From Deltaproteobacteria bacterium (GTDB lineage Bacteria; Myxococcota_A; Polyangia; Polyangiales; Houyiibacteriaceae), in contig JAXMNT010000016.1 in the NCBI GenBank assembly GCA_034670305.1, positions 64,001 to 128,000 on the forward strand: a stretch of 64,000 nt of DNA, read 5' to 3'. The notes below the pieces were generated by a model. The model was not told the DNA's origin, did no database searches, and saw only the letters and a list, made by a program, of their open reading frames with translations. This document shows positions 1 to 10,182 of this stretch, in pieces. Positions within the stretch are counted from its first letter, which is position 1; the number at the start of each line of letters is the position of its first letter. The position numbers and the translations under genes are program-made.

Positions 1-559
1 CTCTCCGCTCGTGAGCAAGCTCCGCGAGAACAACAAGATGGTCATCGGCCTCGGCGTGAAGAACTCGTCGAGCGACCTGCTCATCGAGAACTGCGACGAG
101 TTCATCTTCTACGACGACCTCGTGCGGCGGAAGAAGAAGAGCAAGCCGAAGAAGCGCGGCAAGCGGGCCGGCGACAAGTCCGAGCGCGACGCGGGTTCAA
201 CCGACGCCGACAAGGACGCCGACAAAAAGGCGAACGGCAACGGCAACGGCAACGGCACCAACGGGAACGGCGGCGCCGACACCACGTCCGCAGCGGACAA
301 GGACGGCGACAAGCAGGAAGCGCTGGAGATCGTACTCGACGTCGTCGAGTCGCTCTTCAAGGACCGCGACGGCAACCTCTGGGGCTCGATGGTCAAGCAG
401 GTCCTCAAGCGCAAGCGCCCCCAGTTCTCCGAGAGCTACTACGGCTACCGCAGCTTCAACCAGCTGCTCGAAGACGCCCGCGACCAAGATCTCCTGGAGA
501 TCCAGAAGGACCAAAAGTCCGGCGGCTACGTCATCGTCTCCTTCGGTCCCAAAGCCTGA
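1..559 (+). CDS. NYN domain protein with C-terminal OST-HTH/LOTUS domain (5' part outside window)
   Basis: 'KLRENNKMVIGLGVKNSSSDLLIENCDEFIFYDDL' matches the end of a NYN/DUF88 domain. 'KRKRPQFSESYYGYRSFNQLLE' is the OST-HTH signature. The frame is open to the window edge. Confidence 0.85.
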   Translation, partial: SPLVSKLRENNKMVIGLGVKNSSSDLLIENCDEFIFYDDLVRRKKKSKPKKRGKRAGDKSERDAGSTDADKDADKKANGNGNGNGTNGNGGADTTSAADKDGDKQEALEIVLDVVESLFKDRDGNLWGSMVKQVLKRKRPQFSESYYGYRSFNQLLEDARDQDLLEIQKDQKSGGYVIVSFGPKA

Positions 560-577
560 CCACCCCCGTGGTCAGGC

Positions 578-768
578 TGCCCTTGCCCTTGCCCTTGCCC
601 CTGCCCTTGATGGGCTGAGGCAGGCTGAGACTTCGGCTCGGCATCGGCTTCGGCTTCGGCATCGGCTTCGGCTTCGGCTTCGGCTTCGGCTTCGGCTTCG
701 GCCATCGGCTTCGGCTTCGGCTTCGGCAACGAGGGGCAAGGGCACGGGCACGGGCACGGGCACGGGAT
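578..768. repeat. Intergenic hexamer array (TCGGCT/TCGGCA core) flanked by (GCCCTT)n and (GGGCAC)n blocks
   Basis: Directly visible 6-nt periodicity. The flanking blocks are approximately complementary. Confidence 0.95.
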
Positions 769-782
769 CGAGTAGGCGTTGC

Positions 783-3062
783 CTACTCGATGGCGTAGTA
801 CCCGACGCTGCGCGCCGGCATCGCCAGATCCACCGCGCCGCCCGTCACCGTGGCCCTGGCCCCGCCGAGCACGTCCCGGAACACCGTCCCGCCGGCGGCC
901 ACATCGCGGCTCACGGTCACCGTCCGCGACGCCCCCGCGCCACGGTTGATCACGGCGAGCACGACCTCGTCTCCCACCCCGCGCGCGACCACGCTCACCG
1001 TCTCGTCCACGAACAACGTCCGGTACGATCGGCTGCGCAGGCCGGGCAGCGACGCCCGCGCACGGCCGAGCGCGGACACCCGGTTGAGCTGGGATCGTTC
1101 GCGCACGTCGAGCGCGTCGCCGAAGCGCATGAAACGTCGGTTGTCCGGATCGGCGCCGCCGGGCTGGCCGTACTCGTCCCCGTAGTAGAGCAGCGGCGCA
1201 CCGGGCAACGAGAAGAGCCAGCCGAGCGCGACGTACATCCGGTCGTAGGGTTCGTCGGTGGTCGGGGTACTCGGGAAGTTGTCCCACTGGTTGCCGGCGC
1301 GGCCCGGATCGGACTGCATCGAGATCCAGCGCGAGGTGTCGTGCGAGCCGAGATAGGGCGTCATGATCGCGTCGCCGAACCGGTCGAGGGACGCGTGGGT
1401 CCAGAAGTCGATGTGCGCCATGCCGCGGCTCGGGGTGTCTTGGAGAAACTGCAGCGAGGCCGCGTAGTAGAGGACGAAGTCGAACTGCCCGTCGAGCGCG
1501 TCTTCGCCGATGTAGCGCGCGATGGTCCCGTAGTTCTCCGGGTTGCCGCCTGCGTCGGGACCGCTCGAACCGTCCCAGCCCATCGCGGTCTCGCCCATCA
1601 AGAAGTAGGGCGTGCCCGCGGCTTCGAACCGCTCGGCGACTCGCGCGCGGAGGTTGAACACCACCGCGTCCGGCACGTGTTTCACCGCGTCGACGCGGAA
1701 CCCGTCGAGGTCGTAGTCCTCGAGCCAGACCATCGCGTCTTCGAGGATCTGCTCCTGCGCCTCGAGGTTCGTCCAGTCCACATCCGGCATGTACGGGCGG
1801 AACAAGCAGTCGAGCCGCCGCGCGGTCCAGTCGCACTCCGGTGTGCCGCACACGCAACCGCCATCGTCGAGTTGATTGAACCACTCGGGATGATCCGCGA
1901 CGTAGGGGTGGTCTTCGTGCACGTGGTTCGCGACAAGATCCATGAGCACGCGAATGCCGTGGCGGTGCGCGGCTTCGATCATCTGGTGCAGCGCTTCTTC
2001 CCCGCCGAAGCGCACGTCGACGACGAATGGATCGGTCGGCCAATAGCCGTGGTAGCCGGTCACGCGGTGGAAGTCGTCGGCCGCGAGGTGCGCGTTCGGC
2101 GGTCCTTCGTGCCAAGGCGTCACCCACAGTGTGTTGACGCCAATGCTCTCGAAGTAGCCCGCTTCGATCGTGTCGCGCAGCCCCTGCAGGTCGCCGCCTT
2201 CGTAGTCGGCGCCCGCGCTCGCGTCGGTCGGCGCGGGATCGTTGCCCGGCTCACCGTTCGCAAACCGGTCGGGCATCACGACGTAGACCAGCGCGTCCTC
2301 CCACTCGAACCGCTCCGTCTCGACCCAAAGCGGCGCCAGCGCGGCGGGCTCGTCGGCGTAGCGCACCGTGAGCACATGTTTGCCGGTGGCGAGGCCGCTG
2401 GCCTCGACCGTCGCGACGTCGCCTTCCATCGTCACGGTCGCGGCGGAGACCGCCCGCCCGGTCCGCACTTCGGCGGTGGGCAGCCAATCGCCCGGCGCCC
2501 TGCCCTCGCGGCCACGCACGTAACGGAAGCTCGCCTGGGCTGCATCACCGGTGACGCTCGAGTCGATGGGTTCGAAACGCGGAACAAAACAGTCCGGCAC
2601 CTGAAGCCCCGAGTTCTCGGTGCCCTCGAAGTAGGCGCGGTACGGGTTGTTCGGATCGAGACGCCAGGGTTCCTCGCCGTCGCCCTCGACGATCAACTTG
2701 TACGGGTACACGCCGGGCTCGAGCCAGAGCGCTGCGCGGTAGGTGCCCGTTCCGTCGTCGACGAGTGGCGTCGCGGTCGGGGAGAAGTCGTTGAAGCTGC
2801 CTCCGACGAACACCGACGGCGCCGCCGCGGTCGAACGGTAGGTGACCTCCACCAAACACTGTCCGGCCGGTCCCTCGGGGCCGCTGTCTTCCGCCTGGGC
2901 GTCCACGGCCACGAAGCCATCCGTCGCGGTGTCCGCGAGGTCGAGCGCATCGACGGACGCATCCACCGAGAGCGCGTCGCCCCCGCCAGCGTCGAGGCTG
3001 CTGCTGCCCCCGTCCGCACACCCGGCGATCGCAACGCAGCACAGAATCGCTGCGCGTTTCAT
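783..3062 (-). CDS. GH13 alpha-amylase family lipoprotein with N-terminal CBM48/E-set domain
   Basis: Lipobox 'AIAGC'. GH13 motifs 'DLVANH', 'DGFRVDAVKH', 'MGE' and 'GSHD'. CBM48-like 'VFVGGSFNDF..LEPGVYPYK'. The ATG at 3062 overlaps the upstream stop (ATGA). Confidence 0.9.
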   Translation of the reverse strand: MKRAAILCCVAIAGCADGGSSSLDAGGGDALSVDASVDALDLADTATDGFVAVDAQAEDSGPEGPAGQCLVEVTYRSTAAAPSVFVGGSFNDFSPTATPLVDDGTGTYRAALWLEPGVYPYKLIVEGDGEEPWRLDPNNPYRAYFEGTENSGLQVPDCFVPRFEPIDSSVTGDAAQASFRYVRGREGRAPGDWLPTAEVRTGRAVSAATVTMEGDVATVEASGLATGKHVLTVRYADEPAALAPLWVETERFEWEDALVYVVMPDRFANGEPGNDPAPTDASAGADYEGGDLQGLRDTIEAGYFESIGVNTLWVTPWHEGPPNAHLAADDFHRVTGYHGYWPTDPFVVDVRFGGEEALHQMIEAAHRHGIRVLMDLVANHVHEDHPYVADHPEWFNQLDDGGCVCGTPECDWTARRLDCLFRPYMPDVDWTNLEAQEQILEDAMVWLEDYDLDGFRVDAVKHVPDAVVFNLRARVAERFEAAGTPYFLMGETAMGWDGSSGPDAGGNPENYGTIARYIGEDALDGQFDFVLYYAASLQFLQDTPSRGMAHIDFWTHASLDRFGDAIMTPYLGSHDTSRWISMQSDPGRAGNQWDNFPSTPTTDEPYDRMYVALGWLFSLPGAPLLYYGDEYGQPGGADPDNRRFMRFGDALDVRERSQLNRVSALGRARASLPGLRSRSYRTLFVDETVSVVARGVGDEVVLAVINRGAGASRTVTVSRDVAAGGTVFRDVLGGARATVTGGAVDLAMPARSVGYYAIE

Positions 3063-5440
3063 CGGCGCCTCCGTCCGAGCGCGACCATCAAGAGCAGCCA
3101 GAACCCGCCGGCCGCGTCCGAGCCCACGAGTGTGCGGCAACCGCAGCCGGACTCGGGACAGTCCCCGAAACAGAACCCTGCGTCCGGTCGCGCGGTTCCG
3201 CCATCCACGTCGCCAGACGCGTCCGGTGCCCCGCCCGCGTCAGGCGCGTCGACACCCGCGTCGACGCCTGCATCCACCGCAGCGCCCGCGTCGGGATCCA
3301 TGCCTGCGTCGACGGGCGGCATCTCGCCGCGGTCCCCGTACTCGCCACACGCCGCGTCCGCGACGGTGTCGTCGAGCGCGATGAGGTACGCGCCAGGACC
3401 GAAGCCCACCATGGGGATCGAGCCGGCGTAGCGTCCAGTGTCCGCTTCGTGCAACTCGCTGAACTGCAGGTCGTTCGCCGCGCTCTGCGCTTCTACCCAT
3501 CCCTGGATGTCGTCCGCCCGCTCGGTCTCTCCAACCGCGCGGAGCGCCGGGAGCGCTCGAAGGTCCACGAACACCCACTCCTGCGAGTCGTACCAGCCAC
3601 CGTCGTCGTTGCGCATGAGGCCAACCCCGGTCTCGACGGTGAGGTTGTCGAGCATCGCCTGCACGGTGGCGCGCGCCACGCGTCCGGTCGGCGAGACGAT
3701 GCCCCAGTTCACCGCTTCGATCGCCGCGGCGTCGATGTACTCGAAGCCTCGGTCGAGATCTTCGCGAGACTGCGCGAGCGTGCCGCGTTCGTCGGTGTGG
3801 AGTTCCACCAATGCATCCCGCACCTGGGCACCCGCCGCGGCGAACCGGGTCTGGTCGGCGGCTTCGCCGAGACGCTCCGCGATCATCGCCGCGTCGCAGA
3901 GCCCGCGGGCCGCCGCAAGCGAGGTGTAGGTGAAGCGCTTCTGCCGGCCGTTCCAATGCACCTCCCAGATCGAGCTGTCCGCTGCGACGATGCCTTCGTC
4001 GTCGATGAGATCGATGAGCACGTCCGCGACCCCATCGCGAAGCTCCGGGTAGAAGTCGCGCACGAACTCGAGGTCGCCGCCCGCGCGCAGGTACTCGCCC
4101 AGCGTCCACATGTAGAGGCCGAACCCGTCGAACTCGATGTTGGGTCCGTCGGCGTTGCAGTCGGTCTCTTCTTGGCCGTTGCCGAAGTAGCGCGTGGCGC
4201 TGATCCGGTACGGGCCGCCGACTTCGGCGGTGCGCAAGCCGGGGCCGGCTTCGATCTGAAACCGCAGCGCCGCTTCCGCTTCGTCCATGTGTCCGGCGCG
4301 AATCAGCCCGACCACCGCGTAGGCCATGTCCCGAACCCAGGCGATGTTCCACTGTGCGTCGACGAACCCGAGCCCCGGCGGAAGCGACGCGAGGATCTGT
4401 CCGAAGCCGCGTCCGGGCTCCCGCACCTGCCCCATCCGAAGCACCACGTTGCTCTGCAGCCAGAGATCGCGCTGCGTGGCGCTGAGCCCGCTCGGCGGTG
4501 TCGTATGCCAAGCCGCCCACGCGGCTTGTTCCGCCGCGACGAGCGCGCCCGGCGATCGAGACGCGGCCCAGGTTCGCACCGCGTCGACCTTCGGACCGGC
4601 GTCTTCGTCGAGCGCCCACACGATCGCGGTCGCGAAGGAGGTCGACGCGCCCGGCGCGAGCGTGGTGGTCGCGGTCTGCACCGCCGGCGCGAGATCGTTG
4701 CCCGTGTTGGCGGAGACGTCGTCCAGCGCGTTGCCGGCCAGGACCGTCCGGTACCCGCTCGACGCACCGCCCGAGGCGGTGTGGTGCGCGACGGGCCCGA
4801 GCGGCACGTACGCGATCGTGCCGGCGCTCCGGTCGCTGAACTCGTAGAAGACGTCGCGAGTAACGTCCCAGCTGACTCCCTCATCGTTCGGGCTCGGCTC
4901 GCGCCCGCCCGCGGCGTCGCCGAGGTGGAAGTTGAACAGCGCGGCCAGGTCGATCGTGTGCGCAGCGTCGGAGTTGTTGGTGGCCGTGACGGCCATCACC
5001 ACGACGGGCAGTTCCAGCTCCGTCGGCGAGAAGATTTGGGTCCGAAACTCGATCGCGCGCGCCGGTCCGGCGTGCCGCTCCACTTCGATGATGTTGGTCC
5101 CCACCACGTAGTGCGCGTCCGCGAGCGCGACCTCGCCGAGCCAGACGCCCGCGCCGTCGATGCGCGCACCGAAGTAGGTGTCGAACGCGAGGTCGCGGGA
5201 CTCGTCGGCCGCGTAGCAGAGGTCCGCCGGCATGTTGCGCGGGCGGTTGAAGCGGTACGGGTGCTCCATGAACGTGTCGAGGCGCCCGGTGACCCGATCG
5301 AAACTCGCGATGGTGTGGCCGTTGCCGGTCACCATGCGCTCGAACGAACGCTCCGCCGGCGGCTGCGCCGACGCCGATCCACCGACACCCACCAACGACG
5401 CTGCGAGGACCGTTGCCCAGACGACCACTTTGCATTCCAT
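3059..5440 (-). CDS. GH15 glucoamylase-like protein with signal peptide and C-terminal MYXO-CTERM-like sorting signal
   Basis: GH15-like motifs 'AWVRD', 'ADSSIWE' and 'FSE'. C-terminal DAG-rich linker followed by 'GCGC...WLLLMVALGRRRR'. Confidence 0.85.
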   Translation of the reverse strand: MECKVVVWATVLAASLVGVGGSASAQPPAERSFERMVTGNGHTIASFDRVTGRLDTFMEHPYRFNRPRNMPADLCYAADESRDLAFDTYFGARIDGAGVWLGEVALADAHYVVGTNIIEVERHAGPARAIEFRTQIFSPTELELPVVVMAVTATNNSDAAHTIDLAALFNFHLGDAAGGREPSPNDEGVSWDVTRDVFYEFSDRSAGTIAYVPLGPVAHHTASGGASSGYRTVLAGNALDDVSANTGNDLAPAVQTATTTLAPGASTSFATAIVWALDEDAGPKVDAVRTWAASRSPGALVAAEQAAWAAWHTTPPSGLSATQRDLWLQSNVVLRMGQVREPGRGFGQILASLPPGLGFVDAQWNIAWVRDMAYAVVGLIRAGHMDEAEAALRFQIEAGPGLRTAEVGGPYRISATRYFGNGQEETDCNADGPNIEFDGFGLYMWTLGEYLRAGGDLEFVRDFYPELRDGVADVLIDLIDDEGIVAADSSIWEVHWNGRQKRFTYTSLAAARGLCDAAMIAERLGEAADQTRFAAAGAQVRDALVELHTDERGTLAQSREDLDRGFEYIDAAAIEAVNWGIVSPTGRVARATVQAMLDNLTVETGVGLMRNDDGGWYDSQEWVFVDLRALPALRAVGETERADDIQGWVEAQSAANDLQFSELHEADTGRYAGSIPMVGFGPGAYLIALDDTVADAACGEYGDRGEMPPVDAGMDPDAGAAVDAGVDAGVDAPDAGGAPDASGDVDGGTARPDAGFCFGDCPESGCGCRTLVGSDAAGGFWLLLMVALGRRRR

Positions 5441-5620
5441 CGAGCTTCTCCCTTGACCGCGAAGACTCGACGCCCGCGCCCGATTCCGATAGCACGGAAA
5501 CCGTAACTCTCCAAAGGGTTACTATGTAGCGCTGCGGCGCGAAACGAAGCGGGCGGACGGCAAAGCAAGGGCCCGTCGGCCGTGCCCCTAGGAAAAGCGC
5601 GGGCGGGTATGCTCGGGTCG

Positions 5621-7081
5621 GTGCGCACTCGAACTCGCAGAATCCTCGGCGTCTTGGGGATCTTGGTCGCCGGTTTGTGGATGCCCGACTGTGCTCCAGG
5701 AGCGCTCGAGGTGCCGGAAGGGGAACCCTACGTGTGGAATCAGGATGACGTCTGGGAGTCGCTCGAGGCGAGGTTCCGAGCCGCGCGGGCGCATTGCCAG
5801 GCGACCGGCGTGACCGTCTCCGAGCGGGTCGCATCGCTGAACGAGACTTTGGACGTGCTCGAGGCGCGGCCGCAGATCGCCCACAGCGATCCAGCGTTGC
5901 AAGCCTACGAAGAGGTCTTCTTCGCCACCGCCGCCGACACCGCCGCGTGTCCCATCAACGCGCCCCTGCTCTTGGGTGTCCACGCGCGCATGCGGACCAT
6001 CGTGAAAGCGGCGTCGATGGAGTGGGACCTCGAAGAACGGGCCGCGCGCGCCCGGCTCTACCACCTGCTCTACGGCGGACGCATGGCGGTCGAGGAGGTC
6101 TTGCTCCAGATGGATCCAGCCGACGTGCCCACGTTGATGGTGGGCGTCGACGAACCATCGAACGCACCGTCGGTCGAGATCCGCGGCGTCACCGTGCACA
6201 GCGGCGACGTGCTCGTGAGCCGCGGCGGCGCCCCCACCTCCGCGTTCATCGCGCGCGGCAACGACTGGCCCGGCAACTTCTCCCACATCGCGCTCGTCCA
6301 CGTGGACGAGGATGGCCGCGCCCGCACCATCGAAGCCCACATCGAACTCGGCGTGGTCGTCGCAGGCCCCGAGAAGTACCTCGGCGATCCGAAGCTGCGC
6401 ATTCTCGTGCTGCGCCCTCGCAGCGCGCTGGTCGACGGCGGCACCCTCGCAGCCGCGGCGGCCGACCACGCGCTGAACGAAGCCCAGAGCCGGCACATTC
6501 CCTACGACTTCCAGATGCGGTACCAGGACCCGACCGAGATGTTCTGCTCCGAGGTCGCGTCGGCGGCCTACCGGGCGCAGGACATCCACCTCTGGCGCGG
6601 CCTCACGAGCACTTCGGAACCGGCGGCCGCGCGGTGGCTCGGTCAGTTCGGAGTCGAAGAGCTGGTCACGCACGGTCCCTCGGACCTCGAGTACGACCCG
6701 CAGCTTGCCGTGGTCGCCGAGTGGCGGGACGCCGAGACGCTCTTCGATGCGCACCTGGACGACGCCATCCTCGACGCCATGCTGGAGGGCGCCGCGGATG
6801 GAGACGATGTCGGGTACAGCTGGCCCATGCTCGGTGTGGCCCGGCTGATGAAAGCGTACAGCGCCGTGAAGGTGCTGTTCGGCTCCACCGGCCCAGTGCC
6901 GGAGGGCATGAGCGCGACGGTGGCGCTGCGGGTCGCGTGGCTGCGCGAACGCCACGCCGCGATCCGCGCGGTGCTGCTCCGAAAGGTGAACCAGTTCGAA
7001 TCCGCCGAAGGCTACCGGCCGCCCTTCTGGGAGCTTCGCCGGTTGGCCATCGAATCCGAGAAGGAAACGGATCCAGCGTGA
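5621..7081 (+). CDS. Permuted papain-like NlpC/P60 (YiiX/YebB family) cysteine hydrolase
   Basis: 'GDVLVSRG..FSHIALV' puts His before Cys in 'PYDF..MFCSEVA'. The N-terminus is hydrophobic. The GTG at 5621 lies 7 nt after TATGCT; alternative starts are 5582 and 5609. Confidence 0.8.
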   Translation: MRTRTRRILGVLGILVAGLWMPDCAPGALEVPEGEPYVWNQDDVWESLEARFRAARAHCQATGVTVSERVASLNETLDVLEARPQIAHSDPALQAYEEVFFATAADTAACPINAPLLLGVHARMRTIVKAASMEWDLEERAARARLYHLLYGGRMAVEEVLLQMDPADVPTLMVGVDEPSNAPSVEIRGVTVHSGDVLVSRGGAPTSAFIARGNDWPGNFSHIALVHVDEDGRARTIEAHIELGVVVAGPEKYLGDPKLRILVLRPRSALVDGGTLAAAAADHALNEAQSRHIPYDFQMRYQDPTEMFCSEVASAAYRAQDIHLWRGLTSTSEPAAARWLGQFGVEELVTHGPSDLEYDPQLAVVAEWRDAETLFDAHLDDAILDAMLEGAADGDDVGYSWPMLGVARLMKAYSAVKVLFGSTGPVPEGMSATVALRVAWLRERHAAIRAVLLRKVNQFESAEGYRPPFWELRRLAIESEKETDPA

Positions 7082-7106
7082 CCGGCCGGGCGGGCCGAAT
7101 CTGACA

Positions 7107-7134
7107 TTGACCGTGGCGGTGGGGGCACTATCGT
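7107..7134 (+). promoter_or_regulatory. sigma70-type promoter of clpP (probably leaderless)
   Basis: TTGACC-N16-TATCGT-N7-ATG, with no Shine-Dalgarno. Confidence 0.6.
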
Positions 7135-7141
7135 CCCTCGC

Positions 7142-7792
7142 ATGTCGAACGAGGACTCCGATCGCACCCGCGCCATGATCCTTCCCCGCGTCGTCGAGAC
7201 GACGCACCGCGGCGAACGCGACTGGGACATCTACAGCCGCTTGCTCAAGGATCGCATCGTCTTCCTCGGCACGCCGGTCGACGACTTCGTCGCGAACGCG
7301 ATCATCGCCCAGCTGCTCTTCCTCGAGAGCGAAGACCCCGACAAGGAGGTCACGCTCTACATCAACAGCCCCGGCGGCGTCGTCACGGCCGGTCTCGCGA
7401 TCTACGACACGATGCAGTACATCCGCTGCCCGGTCTCGACGGTGTGCCTCGGACAGGCCGCCTCGATGGGCGCGTTCCTGCTCGCCGCCGGCCACCCGGG
7501 TCTGCGCCGAGCCCTCCCCCACAGCCGCGTGATGATCCACCAGCCGCTTGGCGGCTACCGCGGTCAGGCGACCGACATCGAGATCCACGCGAAGCAGATC
7601 CTCGCGACCAAGAAGAAGCTCAACGAGCTGCTCGCGCACCACGCGGGCCGCAAGCTCGAAGAGGTCGAGAGCGACACGGAGCGCGACAAGTTCATGAGCG
7701 CGCAAGAGGCGAAGGAGTACGGCTTGATCGACATGGTCATCGAGCCGCGCAAACCCAGCGCCGACGCCGACGACAAGAAGAAGAAGAAGTAG
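7142..7792 (+). CDS. clpP: ATP-dependent Clp protease proteolytic subunit
   Basis: '[15 protein letters not shown]', 'YINSPGG', 'GQAASMGA' and 'MIHQPLGG'. Confidence 0.98.
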   Translation: MSNEDSDRTRAMILPRVVETTHRGERDWDIYSRLLKDRIVFLGTPVDDFVANAIIAQLLFLESEDPDKEVTLYINSPGGVVTAGLAIYDTMQYIRCPVSTVCLGQAASMGAFLLAAGHPGLRRALPHSRVMIHQPLGGYRGQATDIEIHAKQILATKKKLNELLAHHAGRKLEEVESDTERDKFMSAQEAKEYGLIDMVIEPRKPSADADDKKKKK

Positions 7793-7798
7793 CGTCCG

Positions 7799-8698
7799 GT
7801 GGCGGTGCGCCGCGTGGAGATCACGCTCGTCCGCCACGGCGAGTCCGTATCGAACGTCACAGGCCGCTGGCAGGGCCAAGGCGACTCGCCCCTGAGCGAA
7901 CACGGCACGACGCAGGCCGAACAGCTCGGCGAGCGGCTCGCGGAGACATCGTTCGATCTGGTGTGCTCCAGTGATCTCACCCGCGCGCACGACACCGGTC
8001 GCCGCGTGGCCGCACGCTGGGGCACCGAACCGGTCACCGATCCGCGGTGGCGCGAGATCGACGTCGGCGTCTGGGAAGGGCTGACCCGCGGCGAAGTCGC
8101 CGAGCGGTTCCCCGAAGAGATCCGGCGCCTCGGCGAAGGCGAGCCGCTCCCGATCGGCGGCGGTGAGAGCTGGGCCGACCTCTCGAAGCGCGGCATGGGT
8201 GCGCTTCGGTCGCTCGCCGATCGACTTCAGGACGGGCAGCGCGCGATCGTGTTCAGCCACGGCGGGCTCATCGGCATGACGGTCGCCGGCCTCTTCGGCC
8301 TCCCGTACCGGAAGCCGCGGCGCATGGGCAACATCGTCAACACCTCGATGACCACCCTTCGTTTCGACGGCGACGACGTGCGCTTGCTGCAGTTCAACGA
8401 CAGCTTGCACCTCGGCCCCGAAGGCAGCTGGGCGACCAAGCAGCGCAAACGTGGCGCCGCCATCGTGGACCTGTGCTCCGACGAATCCGCGCCCGAATTC
8501 GACCTCGCCGCGCACGTCGCGGTGCAGTCGAAGAGCAACGCCGGTCAGCGCGTCGTGGTGCCAGCGCCCGCCGCACTCATCCGCCGCTACGCCAACCAGC
8601 TGATGGACTCCGACGCCACCGACCTCTCGTCCGGCGTCACCCAAGTCGTCTCCTCCGACCGCGGCCAGACCCTGGCCGCCTACGCCAAACGCATGTAG
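7799..8698 (+). CDS. Histidine phosphatase (phosphoglycerate mutase-like) family protein
   Basis: 'LVRHGES', 'SSDLTRAHDT', 'EIDVGVWEG' and 'FSHGG'. Confidence 0.92.
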   Translation: MAVRRVEITLVRHGESVSNVTGRWQGQGDSPLSEHGTTQAEQLGERLAETSFDLVCSSDLTRAHDTGRRVAARWGTEPVTDPRWREIDVGVWEGLTRGEVAERFPEEIRRLGEGEPLPIGGGESWADLSKRGMGALRSLADRLQDGQRAIVFSHGGLIGMTVAGLFGLPYRKPRRMGNIVNTSMTTLRFDGDDVRLLQFNDSLHLGPEGSWATKQRKRGAAIVDLCSDESAPEFDLAAHVAVQSKSNAGQRVVVPAPAALIRRYANQLMDSDATDLSSGVTQVVSSDRGQTLAAYAKRM

Positions 8699-8705
8699 CC
8701 GACCG

Positions 8706-8895
8706 CCGGAGTCGACTTCGGAGTCGGCATCGGCATCGGCATCGGCATCGGCATCGGCTTCGGCATCGGCTTCGGCTTCGGCGTCGGCATCGGCATCGGC
8801 ATCGGCATCGGCATCGGCATGGGTCGGATTCGGACTCGGCTTCGGGGAGTGGATTCGGCTTCGGGGGTGGGTCGGCTTCGGGGTCGGACTCGGTT
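8706..8895. repeat. Intergenic hexamer array (TCGGCA/TCGGCT/TCGGAN/TCGGGG)
   Basis: Visible 6-nt periodicity. Confidence 0.95.
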
Positions 8896-8961
8896 GCGCA
8901 AGCGCGAGGGCACTCCATTTCTACGTCGGCGTCTTCCGCGAGACGCCGGTATGCTTCCGCC

Positions 8962-10044
8962 ATGCGTCCAACGCTCCGGCTTCTCTTCGTCGTCTCCCTC
9001 GTCGCGTTGACTGGCTGCCCGCCGATCGACGTGGGCGTGGAACCGCCGTGCACCACCCGCACCCGCTGCGTCGACGACTGCTGCAACCTCGTCGCGACCG
9101 TGGCGGGCTGCGGCATGGGCGACTGTCCGCGTGGGACGCAGGTCGAGTCGACGTGCACCGTCGCGATCGGGTGCTGCGAGCCGGGCGAACTGCGCCTCTG
9201 CGCCTCCCTGTGTTGCGAGACCGAAGCGATGGTCACCTGCGAAGGCTCCTGTCCGCTGGGGCTGAGCTACCGCGCGAGCGGCGTCTGCGCCATGGACCGG
9301 AGCTGCTCGCTCCCGCGCGACGCCGGCGGCCCGGTCCCGCTGGACGCCAGCGTGGACGCCCCCACCGCGTTCGATGCGCCTTGTCCGGGCCCAGATGGTT
9401 CCGAGTGCCGACCGATCGACGACGCCTGCTGCCGCACGACGTCGCCAGTGCGCGTGGACCCGTCCACCTGCGAGGTGTACTGCACCGAAGAAGGACACAT
9501 CGCGATCGAAGCCGGCACGTGCGCGCCTGCGCCGGAGTGTGCAGCCGACCACGCATGCGACGACAACGCGGACTGCGTGGTGACCCACGAGGGATGCTGC
9601 GAGCCTTGTTCGTTGCCGGAGCTCAGCGAGGTGGTCGCGCTGAACCAGAGCCGCGTGGACGAATACCGCGCCTCGGTCTGTGCCGAACCCGTGGGCTGCC
9701 CCGAGTGCGAACCGGCCGGCCCCAACCCGCGCCTCGTCGCGACCTGCAACGTCGGCGTGTGCGAAGCCCTCGACCTGTACGACGCGCTCCTCGTCCGCTG
9801 TGAGGACGACAGCGACTGTCGGCTTCGGGTACCCGGCTGTTGCGAGTGCGGCGGCGACACCGACCCCGCCACGCTGATCTCGATGCGCACAGATGCAGAA
9901 GCCGACTACCGCGCCCTCGTCTGCAACGAAGACATGGCCTGCGACGGCTGCGTCCCGACCTACCCCGAAACCCACGAAGCGTTCTGCAACCCCGAACGCC
10001 GCTGCGACATCCGCACGATCCCAGAACCCCCACCCGCCGACTAG
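8962..10044 (+). CDS. Cysteine-rich lipoprotein, hypothetical
   Basis: Lipobox 'ALTGC' and repeated 'CxxDxDC...CC' modules. The ATG is 6 nt after TATGCT. Confidence 0.8.
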   Translation: MRPTLRLLFVVSLVALTGCPPIDVGVEPPCTTRTRCVDDCCNLVATVAGCGMGDCPRGTQVESTCTVAIGCCEPGELRLCASLCCETEAMVTCEGSCPLGLSYRASGVCAMDRSCSLPRDAGGPVPLDASVDAPTAFDAPCPGPDGSECRPIDDACCRTTSPVRVDPSTCEVYCTEEGHIAIEAGTCAPAPECAADHACDDNADCVVTHEGCCEPCSLPELSEVVALNQSRVDEYRASVCAEPVGCPECEPAGPNPRLVATCNVGVCEALDLYDALLVRCEDDSDCRLRVPGCCECGGDTDPATLISMRTDAEADYRALVCNEDMACDGCVPTYPETHEAFCNPERRCDIRTIPEPPPAD

Positions 10045-10048
10045 CTCC

Positions 10049-10132
10049 ACGGATTCGGATTCGGCGTCGGCATCGGCATCGGCATCGGCATCGCCATCGC
10101 CATCGGCGCCGGATTCGGCTTCAGCGTCGGCC
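10049..10132. repeat. Intergenic hexamer array (TCGGAT/TCGGCA/TCGCCA)
   Basis: Visible 6-nt periodicity. Confidence 0.9.
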
Positions 10133-10182
10133 TCCCCGCCCCCCCCTCGCCCCACCGCGCCGCGCGTGGCAGCCTCGGCCCC

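Noticed and set aside
232-275. (AACGGC)n repeat inside the NYN gene as a coding member of the array family
   Set aside because: It is short and adequately explained as an Asn-Gly linker.
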